Under the pieces are notes generated by a model. The model ran no database searches. It was not told where the DNA came from and saw nothing but the letters and a program-made list of their open reading frames with translations. A stretch of 64,000 bases of DNA from the human T2T-CHM13v2.0 reference genome, Homo sapiens: NCBI RefSeq assembly GCF_009914755.1, contig NC_060934.1. One strand, 5' to 3'. The translations under genes were made by a program, and so were the position numbers. Every line of letters begins with the position of its first letter. Position 1 is the first letter of the stretch. Below are positions 23,072 to 41,079 of the stretch, piece by piece.

Positions 23072-23402
23072 CAAGGGTCCCCAGCCCTGGGCCGTGGACT
23101 GGTACTGGTCCGGGGCCTGTTAGGAACCAGGCTGCATAGCAGGAGGTAAGCAGCAGTGGAACATGACCGACTAAGCTCTGCCTCCTGTCAGATCTGCGGC
23201 AACATTAGATTCTCATAGGAGCATGAACCCGATTGTGAACTGCACATGCAAGGGATTTAGGTTGTGTGCGTTATGAGAATCTAATGCCTGATGATCTGCG
23301 GTGGAACGGTTTCTCCTCAAACCATCCCCTCCCACTCTGGTCTGCAGGAAAACTGTCTTCCACAAAACCAGTCCCTGGTGCCAAAAAGGTTGGGGACTGC
23401 TG
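23072..23402 (+). mobile_element. MER1B (hAT-Charlie MITE), complete
   Basis: TIRs caagggtcccca...tggggactgctg and 8-bp TSD atgtagag/atgtagac. Confidence 0.88.
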
Positions 23403-23510
23403 ATGTAGACATCACAGGACCAGACCAGAGGGAAAAAAATGAATGGGAAAGTAGCAAGAGAAAAATACATGATCAAAATGGAGAAGAAAAAGGGGATTAA
23501 AAAATGCAGT

Positions 23511-25799
<2,289 letters not shown>

Positions 25800-26221
25800 T
25801 GATAGTCATTTGAAGTTTGTGCTGTCCTCAAAGTTACTTGGTCTTCTAGAAGTTATGTTTCCAAAGAGATTTTATTCTGTCTCTACAACCCGATATCAGA
25901 AATACCACAAAGACTCAACTTAACATATATGATAACATTTAGCATCAGGAAGATCCAGAAAAAAAGAATCACCTTAGGCAGTTGAACTGAAAGAACTAAG
26001 AAAAAATATGCTAATCATGGTTATTGGTCCTAGATCCTTTTAACTACCTCCTTTAACCTCACATTCCAAGAGTACTTTTGGCTTAGAACATGATAGAAAA
26101 TAGCAAAGAAGTGATAACTTGAAAGTGAAGATGAACCATCTGAAACATATGATTAAAAAGATTGAACTGCATTATTCTACTTTAAGATATACTTCTGATC
26201 AACTTATAAGACTATGTTTCA

Positions 26222-26419
<198 letters not shown>

Positions 26420-26509
26420 TTAATCTTGAACGTCCATCATACTAGACAAATAAGCAAACAGATACAGCTTAGCAGAGCAACAGCAATGAAATTTGTCAAA
26501 TATTCTACA

Positions 26510-27295
26510 TGAAGAAGTTCCTCAAAAAATATAAAATAGAACTTCCACATGATCTCTGGTTATATATCCCAAAGAAATGAAAGGGTCTCAAATAAATATT
26601 TGCACATCCATGTTCACAGCAGCACTATGCACAATAGCTGAAAGGTGGAAACAACTCAAAAGTCCATTGGCAGATGAATAAACAAAATGTGGTATATACA
26701 GATAATGGAATATTTTTCAGCTTTAAAAGGAAAGGAAATCCTGTCACAAGCTACAACGTGGATGAATCTTGAGGGCGTTATGCTAAGTGAAATAAACCAG
26801 TCACAAAACCACAAATATTGTATGACTTCACTTACATGAGTTACCTGGAATATTTAGATTTACAGAAACAGAAAGTAGAATGGGGGTTACCAGGGGCTGA
26901 GGGAAGGGGAAGCAAGGAAGTTGCTCTTGAATAAGTAGAGTTTCAGTTTTGCAAGATGAAAACGTTCTGGAGATCTGTTTCACAATGATGTGAATACCCT
27001 TTAAACTACTGAACTGCATATTTTAAAATGGTGAAGACATGTGACAGAAGCCCTCATCCACACGTCTTCCCATTGAAACCAGAGACGATGAGCCCTTCCA
27101 GTACAAAAACTAAATGGACTAGACTTCCAGCCATAGAGCGCCTCCTTGTTCTTCATCTCACTCCAACTCTTCCCATTCTCATTCTCCCCTTGTCCCAACT
27201 GTAACTGAAAGGGTGGAATATCAAGGTCTTTAGAAAAAAATGGTTAAGATGTAAGTTTTATGTTATGCACCTTTCACTACAATAAAAAGGAACAT
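26510..27295 (+). mobile_element. L1MA/MB 3' end, carrying a 199-bp foreign insert
   Basis: aaaatgtggtatatacagataatggaatat...gtttcagttttgcaagatgaaaacgttctggagatc...aaaatggttaagat. Confidence 0.85.
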
Positions 27296-27588
27296 AAATA
27301 AAGAAGAAATAGGGGACCAAAATAATATAAGTATTTCTTTTTTAAAAAATAATATAAGTATTTCTGGTAGTTGAAGCCATTGCTGCAATGATATAATACT
27401 AAAATTAATTAAATATTACAGAACTGATGAAATACAAAAAGAAGACTTTTGCTTACAGCCATAATGGAGCAAACGATAATAGATCTGACTTCCTACCAGG
27501 GCAAAAATACAGAAAATTGAACAAAATATATCAAATGACTGCTTTCAGACACTGCACAGTATGCAACTCTCTAAGAAAATGGTGGCCT

Positions 27589-27912
<324 letters not shown>

Positions 27913-28329
27913 CTATAATTGCCCAGAATTTCTGTCTGGAAACATTTTCTAGACCACAAAGAGGATCCCAAGCCAAATACAGTGATCTTGCTAAACTAAA
28001 GTGACAGAGATCAAAGTTTGGAAAACCTGAGGTGCCTGGAATTGGTGAGGCAGAGGACTCAAAAGGAAAAAGTCACACAGAGAAAGAGCTCCAAAAATGT
28101 ACACAGAACACTCTCGAGTATTGAGTCAACACTCAGCAGTGCATTCTTAGGATGAAACTACACAAAGTAGTTGCCAAGGAGCCACAGGCCAGTCAATTTC
28201 CAGAGCTCACAAGCAGGAAACAATCAAGCTCTACCAAGTCAGACTAGAGGAACCTCACTGAACACCCAAGGCATTTAGTAACATCCCAGAAAGATCATGC
28301 TATATTAATAGGGCTAAGATAGCTCTAGA

Positions 28330-29172
28330 GGCTGGGCATGGTGGCTCATGCCTGTAATCCCAACACTTTAGGAGGCTGAGGTGGGCAAGTCACTTGACCC
28401 CAGGAGTTCGAGACCAGCTTGACCAACATGGTGAAACCCTATCTCTACTAAAAATACAAAAAAAAAAAAAAAATTACCCAAAGGATCATACATCATGCTG
28501 CTATAAAGACACACGCACACGTATGTTTATTGCGGCACTATTCACAATAGCAAAGACTTGGAACCAACCCAAATGTCCAACAATGATAGACTGGATTAAG
28601 AAAATGTGGCACATATACACCATGGAATACTATGCAGCCATAAAACATGATGAGTTCGTGTCTTTTGTAGGGACATGGATGAAGCTGGAAACCATCATTC
28701 TCAGCAAACTATCGCAAGGACAAAAAACCAAACACTGCATGTTCTCACTCACAGGTGGGAATTAAACAATGAGAACACATGGACACAGGAAGGGGAACAT
28801 CACACGCCGGGGCCTGTTGTGGGGTGGGGGGAGGGGGGAGGGATAGCATTAGGAGATATACCTAATGTTAAATGATGAGTTACTAGGTGCAGCACACCAA
28901 CATGGCACATGTATACATATGTAACTAACCTGCACGTTGTGCACATGTACCCTAAAACTTAAAGTATAATAAAAAAAAAAAATTAGCCATGGTGGTGCAC
29001 ACCTGTAATCCCAGCCGGGCATGGTGGTGCACACCTATAATCCCAGCTACTTGAGAATTGCTTGAACCCAGAGGCAGAGGTTGCAGTAAGCTGAGATCAT
29101 GCCACTACACTCCAGCCTGGGCGACAGAGCAAGACTCCATCTCAAAAAAACAAACAAACAAAAATAAAAAAC
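28330..29172 (+). mobile_element. AluS split by an L1PA insertion
   Basis: Left arm 28330-28472, right arm 28983-29172. Confidence 0.9.
28473..28982 (+). mobile_element. Young 5'-truncated L1PA (about L1PA3/4): ORF2 C-terminus, 3'UTR and poly-A
   Basis: ORF2 end ...RMFIAALFTIAKTWNQPKCPTMIDWIKKMWHIYTMEYYAAIK...GGN*, G-rich 3'UTR, ending taaaacttaaagtataat(A)n. Confidence 0.95.
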
Positions 29173-29962
29173 AGAGAGTGACAGAGTCAGAAAAACAGTA
29201 ACTATGTATTTTAAGAAAGAGAAGACTGTGGCTCACTACATTTTCTCTTCTTTCCAAGGAAGTTTCCATAACTAGTGAAAAAAATTATCAGGGACACTAA
29301 AGTACCAAGGTTCCTTTGTTAATTTCACAGGGTCACCAAATTGTGAAGTCTCAGAAAGCATTCATTTTCTTTTTTTTTTTTTTTTTTTTTTTTGGAGACA
29401 GTTTTTCTCTGTCACCCAGGCTGGAGTACAGTGGCACAATCTTGGCTCACTGCAACCTCCACCTGCCTCCCAGGTTCAAACAATTCTCCTGCCTCAGCCT
29501 CCCAAGTAGCAGGGACTACAGGCTCACGCCCTGTGTCTGGCTATTTTTTGTATTTTTGTAGAGATGGGTTTTTGCCATGTTGGCCAAGCTGGTCTCAAAC
29601 TCCTGACTTCAAGTGATCCGACCACCTTGGGCTCCCAAAGTGCTGGGATTACAGGTGTAAGCCACCGCGCCTGGCCAGAAAGCCTTCATTTTCTAAAGCT
29701 GCTATTGCTATCCCTATCCCATTATTTAAAATGTTCAGCAGAGGAGACAGGCAGACCTTGAAGCACAGTGTTTCCTAAGTATTGCCTTAGCATGTTGAAT
29801 TCTTTGAAACATCTTATTTCATAGACGAATATTAACAATACCAAATGATCCGAGCAAGAAATTCTGATACAGAGTTAAGCCAGAAATCAACTCCTTTCTG
29901 ACAACAGAGATGACTGGAAGAATAAAAGTATACGCAAGAACAAGATGGTTGGATAACACTCA

Positions 29963-30157
<195 letters not shown>

Positions 30158-31689
30158 CTAGTGGTAGTTATGATGATGATGATGATGATCCTACCAACAT
30201 TTCTAATAAACACTAAAGTAATTGCTCTATGACAGGCACTATTCTAAACAATTTGCTTATATTATCCCATTTAATCCTCAGAATAATCTTATGAGCAAAG
30301 TACTACTTATAAAACTGATATATTAGTCAAAGTACAATTAGAAGACAGAAACCACATGATAATTTGAGTATGAAACTTTTAATATAAAACATTATTAAGG
30401 CCAGGTATGTGGCTCATGCCTGTAATCTTAGCACTTTGGGAGGCCAAAGAGAGAGGATCATTTGAGCCCACGAGTTGAAGAACGGCCTGGACAACATAGT
30501 AGGACCCCATCTCTACCAAAAAAAATCAGCCAAGCATGGTGACATGCACTTGTAGTCCCAGCTATTCAGGGGGCTGAGGTGAGAGCACTACTTAAGCCCA
30601 GGATGTTGAGGTGACAGTGAGCTATGATCAACAGAGCAAGATGCTGTCTCAAAAAAATGAATAAAATAAATAAAAAATAAAAAATTATTAGTTACAACAG
30701 GAAATTTACTACTCAGAAGTTAAAGAAATAGCAGATATAGGGAGCAGTTACTATTCTAGATCTGACACAGAGCACCAAGAAAAGACCAGTCTATAAAAGG
30801 TCTACTCTCACTCACAGGGCAGAGATCAGACTGTGTGGAGAGGGCACAGCTATGTATGTCAGAGAAACTTACTAAGGTGCCATGCCAGCAAAATGCACTA
30901 GAAAGCCACTCTCTGTGATGCCAGAACAAGTCATCTACTGGACAACTCATGCCAGCGGAATTTGTTGGGAAGCTGACCTTCGCGATGCCAGGGGAAGCCA
31001 CCCATGGGGAGGCAGTTTCACTAGGAAATTGCATATGAGAGTTGCTGCTAAAACTCCTTAGGAGCTGGGTGCCATTGAGTGTCCCACTAGTTCCTGCATG
31101 CTATAGAAGCAAGCCACAAAGGGCACACTAGACTCAGCAAGAAACACCCCTCCTCCAGGGTCCTTCTAGTCTCTCTACTGACAAAGTTTAACAGTAACTG
31201 GCAAGGGAAAAACTTCCAGTATCACAAACAGGACAATGAAAGATGTGTTTAGAGCTGAAATGAAAAAAGATAACTGGTACCCATATTTTACAGATCTAAA
31301 ATATAACTTGCTCAAGAGTACAAAGGTAGGAAGTGATAGATCTAGAATTTGAACCTAGGGAGGACTAATTCCATACTTCAATGTCTCGGAGTTAGGTAGG
31401 GAGACTTCAACCTAGGAGGGGAGACTTTGCTGCCCCCTACCTTATAATGCTGACACTGCTTTGAAGTTTTTATTAAATATTTTTCACACCCAGGTCCTTG
31501 GAAGCCCTCCTCCCTACCAGATTCTCTATAGTTCAAACTTCACTTAAAAAAAAATTCTTTTAATGTTTTGTTTTAAATCTGAAACATCTGTATTAGTGCA
31601 TATTACTGTTCAATAAATACTTACTCTTCCGTCCCCCATCCCTTAGGCAAAATTACTTTTCTACTTTTTTCTTCCCCTTCTGCATATGA

Positions 31690-32320
<631 letters not shown>

Positions 32321-32506
32321 TGATCCATCCGCCTCGGCCTCCCAAAGTGCCGGGATTACAGGCATGAGCCACCGCGCCTGGCTGGGAAGTTCTTATTCAA
32401 CAAAAATTTATTAAATTCATACTGTATATACATCCCTATGTGAGACCCAGAAAGCCAAAAACTATCTACATTCTAATTAAACAAGATAAATACAAAACAC
32501 TTTTAA

Positions 32507-32731
<225 letters not shown>

Positions 32732-33256
32732 TGATGCCTGGCTAATTTTTGCATTTTTAATAGAGATGGGGTTTCATCATGTTGGTCAGGCTGGTCCCAA
32801 ACTCCTGACCTCAGGTGATCTACCTGCCTCGGCTTCCCAAAGTGCTGAGATTACAGGCGTGAGCCACCACACCCGGCCTAAAATTATATCTTGAAGTATA
32901 GAAATATTATGATAGAAATGACAGAAAACTACAAATAAAAAAGATAAAGTTGAGACTGGGTTAGTCAGCAAAAGCTTTTGTTTAGTCTTAAGCCTCAGAA
33001 TGGTGTAAAATTTTGATTAAGTCAGAGAAATGTTGAGACACCCCCAAAACCATAGGATCATTTCGGGCACCTCCATCCAGAGAATTAATGTAAATGATTT
33101 TTTTCCCTCTAGATTATGACCTTCAGGGCTCAGTATAGTACCTCACTGTTTTAATACACCAGATGGGCTGATGGAAGAAGAGGCATTTCTTTACAGTCCC
33201 ACTTTTTTGTAGAGGTAATTCATTCAAATTATACAAAGAATCCATGCCCCCTTTGA

Positions 33257-33598
<342 letters not shown>

Positions 33599-36506
33599 TA
33601 ATTTAAACTACCTTGCACTTTGTACATATCTTCCTATGGCATACGTAATTTTTTCTCCCCTTGCCTCAAGGCCCAAATTATTTTTTTTTTCAAGTTGTAA
33701 ACACATAGTCTAGCACAGGACTTGTTACATTATTAGTGCTTAAAATACTTAACCATTTTACTTTCACATGTCTGTGTACAAACTATACAGGTACTTGCTC
33801 CTAACATTTAAGTATACTCTAAGTTCCTAATTTACTTAGAAAACTGTCTTCTATTATTTGGATTCAAGTCAGGTTAGACTACTTAGGCATCTCCTAAAAT
33901 CAATGAGCTGGTTACTATTAACTCTTCCCTGGGACCTATACCTATAATCTCTTATGTAAACTTTGCTCCTAGCTCCCTTCATCCAATCTAGGTCCAATTT
34001 TGAAATTGGACCTAAATCTTGCCCTCATATAGACAAAATGGAAAAACTGTTAATCTTTTCTCCTATTTTCCATGACCTAAGCTTTAATAACACAATTCTT
34101 ATATCCTTCCCCAATCCCAGAAATCATCTCATTTTATTGCACATACTCTAGCAAAATCCAGCACCCAGGAGGCTGTCCATTATATTTTCTTCCTGTCTGG
34201 CAACTTCTGATTTTTTTTTTTTTGGTTCATTTCAAAATTAACATTTCTCAAATCCACATGTACACTCACATAAATAGCACTGCTCTTCGCTACAGCAAAA
34301 ATGAGCACTATACTAAAACATGCATATCTGGAGGAAACATTATTCATCACTGACAACAGAAAGAACAGACACTTGGAAGTTTTCAATGTTTAAAATAAAT
34401 AACAGCCAATTCAAAAGTTGGAACAGGATGAGTGCAGTGGCTCACACCTGTAATCCCAGCACTTTGGGAGGCCACGGCGGGCAAATCACTTGAGGTCAGG
34501 AGTTCGAGACCAGCCTGGCCAACATGGTGAAACCCTGTCTCTACTAAAAATACAAAAATTAGCTGGGCCTGGTGGCAGGCGCCTGTTATTCCAGCTATTC
34601 AGGAGGCTGAGGGAAAAGAATCACTTGAACCGAGGAGGCGGAGGTTGTAGTGAGCCGAGATTGTACCACTGCACTCCAGCTTGGTTGACAGAGTAAGACC
34701 CTACCTCAAAAAGCCAAAAGTTCTAACAGGCAAGGGGTATATAAGCCTGGAAGATAAATTTACAACATCTGATCAGATGTAGAGAACAGCTAGACATATG
34801 ATCAACTAAGTAAGCCACAATCACTTGAGAAGGACCTTTGAATGCCAGACCAAGAATTTAGAGCATATGTAAAATAGGAAGCCACTCAAGTTCTTTAATA
34901 GGAAGAGATCATGGTAAAAACGGGTTAAAGCATTATCAGTCTATCTATTAGCAGTGCATGGAATAAACTGCAAAGAAGCAAAGGCAGAGAGAGCTGACAG
35001 GAAAGTGATGAGTACAGCCAGAAGGCATTAATAACCTAGGTATTGGGTGATGAGTGCCTAGATTATAAGTGTAGAAATAAAAAACAGAATCAAACAAAAA
35101 ATTTCCAAAGAAAAACAAAATGTAGTTGGGCATGGTGGCACACGTCAGCTACTTAAAGAGGCTGAGGTGGGAGGATAGCTTGAGCCCAGGAGTTTAAGTC
35201 CAACATGGGCAACATGGTAAAACCCCACCTCTAAAAAAAAAATAATGATAAAGACATTGGTATCAAACACATATTAATATCTAATTGCACAGGAGATATG
35301 GAAGATAAAAAGGAGAAATAAATTAAAACAATAACAACAACACTAGGTACTATGGTAAAAAAAAAAAAACAAACACTAAGTAGTATGGCAGAAATCCAAT
35401 GATCCAAGATCTGGTCTCAACTGTACTACTCAACAGCTAGCTGTATATACTAAAGAAGCTCATCCCTCCTCCTTGGGAAAAAAGCTCACTCACTGGTAAA
35501 ATGAAAGAATTGCGTAGGTGAGCTTAGGGTTCCTTTTATCTCTTTAGCACTCTCATATCTTTGGTAGAAAACACTATAACAAAATTTAATTAATTTCATT
35601 TAGGAGAAAAGACTAAGATCATATAAAGTATTCAAGATTTATTAGTTTGGGCAATCCATTTCTATATGCTATGGCTCTAGGGGATTTCAAACTTTGAAAG
35701 TTCTGAGTTTTACCAACTCAGACCCAGATAAGTTATGTGATTTCCTCATAGCTAATTAGTACAAAAACCTATAACAGATCCTTGCATTTTTGACTCCCAA
35801 ATAAACTTAATGAGAAAAACCTGTTTAATAACTGTTCTCAGCAGAAAAAATATAACAGCCACACTCTAAAAGTAGATCAAATGCCCAACTACAGAAAAAT
35901 AAATGATGCTATAATAACATAATGGAATGGAATGTAAATATTAAAAATGATAATAATAAAATATTATTAAAATATTACTTCACAAACCAACAGAAAGTTG
36001 GGTAAAGATATAAAAAGACAGTTGGAAAAGAAAAATGGCTCCGAAAACTGTGAAAAGGTACTTAATCTCACTCATAATAAAATAATGCAAATTAAACCTA
36101 TACTCAGATACTTTTCACCCATCAAACGGGCAAAAATCAAAAAGTTTGAAAACACATTTGTTGACAATGTTGCAGAATGGCACTACTGATGAACATGCAA
36201 ATCTGTACAATTTATGGTGGGCAATTTGGTAATTTGCATTAAAATTACTCATATAATCTGCATATACTGGCCTAGAAATTCCACTTCTAATAATATACCC
36301 TACTGATGTACTTGCACACTTGTGAAATTATGCACATGTATATGGTGCATAATTATTATATCATAGTTTATAATAGCAAAACACTAAGAACTACCCCAAT
36401 GTTCACCAAGAGAGATTGGTTAAAGTATGATAAATCTATATAAAGCAATACCACATAGCAATAAAGAGAATGAGAAAACTTTATGTAAAAACATGAAAAA
36501 AGTTCA

Positions 36507-36644
<138 letters not shown>

Positions 36645-37673
36645 TCACTACAAAAAAAAAAAAAAAAAAAACAAAAAAACTAAGGCAACATATGGAATAC
36701 CACATACAGTATGCCACCTTTCATATAAAAAGAGGAGAAAATAAGAACGCATATGTACTTATTAAGTAACAACACACTCACAAAAAGTAATAGTAGTGGT
36801 GCTGGTGGGAGTTGGAAATAAGATAACATACAGAGAGATTTTTATGATATGCTATTTCATTTGAAACAAAATTTATGTATTTATCCATGCAAACAAATGT
36901 ACAGTATTTCATATTAGCATTTTCATTTAAGTTTAAAGGAAGAATATAAGGTAATATGCACATGCCAATTAAACTTTGTAAAATATATAATCACATGGTT
37001 AATTTTTTATTTATAAATAAAATTTAAATTAGGCAAATAAAATTTAATGCTCCCCTAGGGATTTTATTTAAACTTTTTCATTTAAGTAAAAATAAAGGCA
37101 GGCCCAGAAGGCAGTTGTTGCATTCCCCTCAGCCAGGAACTGTCACTTACCAGCCCCACCACTGAGCTCAGGCCCAATAATGTCTCAACAATCAAGGCAC
37201 ATTATGGCAAGCTTCCCTAGTGAGATAAACTTTATGTAAATCAAGCTCATATCCTTTTATTTTGAGTACTGGCACATTCTTACACAAATTAGCAAACTAT
37301 TACAATTCCAGACCATATCCTTATCCTGACTTAAAATTTCTGCTTGCCTTTTTATATTTGATTTACCCCCTTATATTTCTGACCCCTGACAACTGCACAT
37401 TTAGAGAATGACTACTTGGCTCTTCCAATCCTTGCACTGGCCTAAATAAACCTCTCCTGTACTATTAACCAACTATTACCCGACACTGTTGTTGAAAGCA
37501 GCACCTGCTAACTCTGTGGCCAAGAAACATATCTGAGATCTACCCAGATCTGGCCACCAATTAAAGTGAGAACTCAGTTAAATAAAATGTCAGCCGGGCG
37601 TGGTGGCTCACGCCTGTAATCTCAAGTACTTTGGGAGGCTGAGGTAGGTGGATCACCTGAATTCAGGAGTTCA

Positions 37674-37929
<256 letters not shown>

Positions 37930-37984
37930 TTATTGGACATTATGCAGGTTTTTGTGTGGCACAAGCAAGAAGAGTATGTCAGTC

Positions 37985-38660
37985 TAAAAAAAAGATACTA
38001 AGGAAAATTATCCCCAAATATGTTGAATTTATTCGGGAATGAGAAATGAGAATTATAATCTAGAATGCATGGGATGGCAAGTCACCAGCGTATCCAGTGA
38101 GGAAAGGATAAAGGGAAGCTTTATTAGGAAACAGGCAGAGATTCACTTAAGCTGCTTAGAAACAGAGTTCACTTGTTCCAGAGGCCCAAAGCCATTGCTG
38201 TTGTTAGTTCACTGGTGGAGATGCCATTACTGGGCAAGTGTTCTTTTGAGAGCACTGGACAAGTGCGCTCAAAAAAAGGACTAGGTTTATTACTAGTTGT
38301 AAAGAATGTCTAGTAATAAACCTTCTCAAAATAGGAGATGCCCGAATGATGTCAAAGAGTTTCTTGTGGGATTTTTAGAAAGTTCCTGAAAATGGTTCTG
38401 TCTTTTCTCTCTCTCTCAATTTTTACGGAGATGGGGTCTTGCTGTATTGCTAAGGCTAGTTTTGAACTCCTTGTCTCAAGCAATCATCCTGCCTCAGCAT
38501 TCCAAGTCCATGGGATTACAGGTGTGAGCCACCATGCCCAACTTTTTGGAAACACTCATCTCACACATGTAAGCAGCAGTCTCCTCTGTCTGTGGCCTTC
38601 CTGGCCCTATTTTGTTTGGATCTAACAAAAGTGATTCATCCTAATATCTGTAACTTTCAC
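37985..38660 (-). mobile_element. MER67-like ERV1 LTR with an Alu monomer insertion (38420-38541)
   Basis: Minus strand starts TGTGAAAGTTACAGATATTAGGATGAATCACTTTTG. Confidence 0.55.
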
Positions 38661-39263
38661 AAATATTTGTATTTTTTTACATTTTTAATAGCTTTAATTG
38701 TACAAATAATATAAAAATAAATTTTCATTGTCTAAAATGTTACACAGAAGCACAAAAAAAGAGTAAGTCTTCTTCAAATAAAGGCATACCTCATTCTATT
38801 GTGCCTCACTTTATGATACACTTCATGGAGATTGCATTTTTCACAAATTGAAGGTTTGTGGCAACCCTGTTTCAAACAAGTCCATTGGTGCCATTTTCCC
38901 AACAGCATACACATACTTTGTGTTTCTGTGTCACATCTTGGTAATTCTTGCAATATTTCCAACTTTTTCATTATTACTGTATTTGTTATCATGATCTAGG
39001 ATCAGTGACCTTTGGTGTTACTATTTTAATTGTTCTGAGGCACCAAAAACCATGCCCAAAGATGGCAAACGTAATTGGTAACTGTTGTGTGTGTTCTGCT
39101 TCACTCACCCGTCATTTCCCCGTCTCTCTCCCTTTCCTCAAGCCTTCCCATTCCCTGAGACACAGTAATATTAAAATTAGACCAGTTAACAACCAACCTT
39201 ACAAGGGCCTCTAAATGAACGTTCAAGTGAAAGGACAAATTTCACACATCTCACTTTCAATCA

Positions 39264-39627
<364 letters not shown>

Positions 39628-40694
39628 TCAAAAGCCAAAGGCCAAGATAGGCCAAAAGTTAGCCAAGCTGCAAATGCAGAGGAAAAGTTCTTGAAAAAAA
39701 TTAAAAGTGCTACTCCAATGAACATAAGAATAAAAGAGTGAATCAGGCTTACTGCTGATGTGAGGCAGATTTTAGTGGTCTAGACAGAAGATCAAATCAG
39801 CCACAACATTCCCTTAAGCCAAGGCCTAATCCAGAGAAAGACCTTAACTCTCTTCAATTATATGAAAGCTGAGCAGTGAGGAAGCTGCAGAAGAAAAGTT
39901 TGAAGCTAGCACAGGTTTATGAGGTATAAGGAAAGAAGTTGTCCTCATAACATAAAAGGTGCAAGGTGAAGCAGCAAGTTATCCAGATCTAGCTAAGATC
40001 ATTTGATGAAGGTGGCTACACTAAACAAGAGATTTTCAGTGTAGACAAAACAGCCTTACTAGGAAGAAGATGCCATCTAGGACTTTCACAGCTAGAGAGA
40101 AGTCAATGCCTGACTTCAAAGCTTCAAAGGACAGGCTGACTCTCTTGTTAGGGGCTAATGTACCTAGTGACTTTAAGTTGAAGGCAACGCTCATTCATCA
40201 TTCTGAAAATCCTTAGGATCCATAAGAATTATGCTATATCTCACAATTTGCAATTGCAAAAAAAATATGGAACTGACCTAAATGCCCATCAACCAACAAG
40301 TGGATAAAGAAAATGTGGCGTATATACACCATGGAATATTACTTAGCCATAAAACAAAATGAAATAATGGCTTTTGCAGCAACTTGGATGGAGCTGGAGG
40401 CCATTCTTCTAAGTGAAGTATCTCTGGAATGGAAAACCAAATATTCTATGTTCTCACTAATAAGTGGGAGCTAAGCTATGAGGGCACAAAGGCATAATAA
40501 TGATATAATGGACTCTGGGGGCTCTGGGGGGACAGGTGGGAGGGCAGTGAGGGATAAAAGACTACATATTGAAGCCTGGGCATGGTGGCTCATGTCTGTA
40601 ATCCCAGCACTTTGGGAGGCCGAGGCAGGCAGATCACCTGAGGTCGGAAGTTCGAGACCAGCCTGACCAACATGGAGAAACTCCGTCTCTACTA

Positions 40695-40841
<147 letters not shown>

Positions 40842-40872
40842 CTAAACTCCGTCTCAAAAAAAAAAAAAAAAA

Positions 40873-40916
40873 GTATACAGCCATACCACCCTGAAAGCAC
40901 CCAATCTCATCTGATC
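40873..40916 (+). pseudogene. 5S rRNA 5' fragment (44 nt, 3'-truncated, tailless)
   Basis: gtatacagccataccaccctgaaagcacccaatctcatctgatc versus 5S GTCTACGGCCATACCACCCTGAACGCGCCCGATCTCGTCTGATC; most mismatches are CpG decay. Confidence 0.88.
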
Positions 40917-40982
40917 AGTAGAAGAAGTCATTGCATATGCGGAGGAAACAGCAAGAGAACTAGAATTAGAAGTGGAGCCTGA

Positions 40983-41079
40983 ATAGCACACTGGAATTCT
41001 AATTCAAAAGTTGCAAGTTTCAGTCCTGCTAGCGTCAAAAAAATTGTTTTTGTAAATTTCAATTAAAAAAATTTTTTTA
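40983..41079 (+). pseudogene. 5'-truncated retrocopy of spliced tRNA-Arg(TCT) with A-rich tail and TSD
   Basis: atagcacactggaattctaattcaaaagttgcaagtttcagtcctgctagcgtc resembles ATAGCGCATTGGACTTCTA|ATTCAAAGGTTGTGGGTTCGAGTCCCACCAGAGTCG. Flanked by aagtggagcctgaa and aagtaaagcctgaa. Confidence 0.72.

Noticed and set aside
28394-28765. 123-aa ORF with a real-looking domain
   Set aside because: It is an Alu arm fused to the L1 ORF2 C-terminus, a retroelement remnant rather than a gene.
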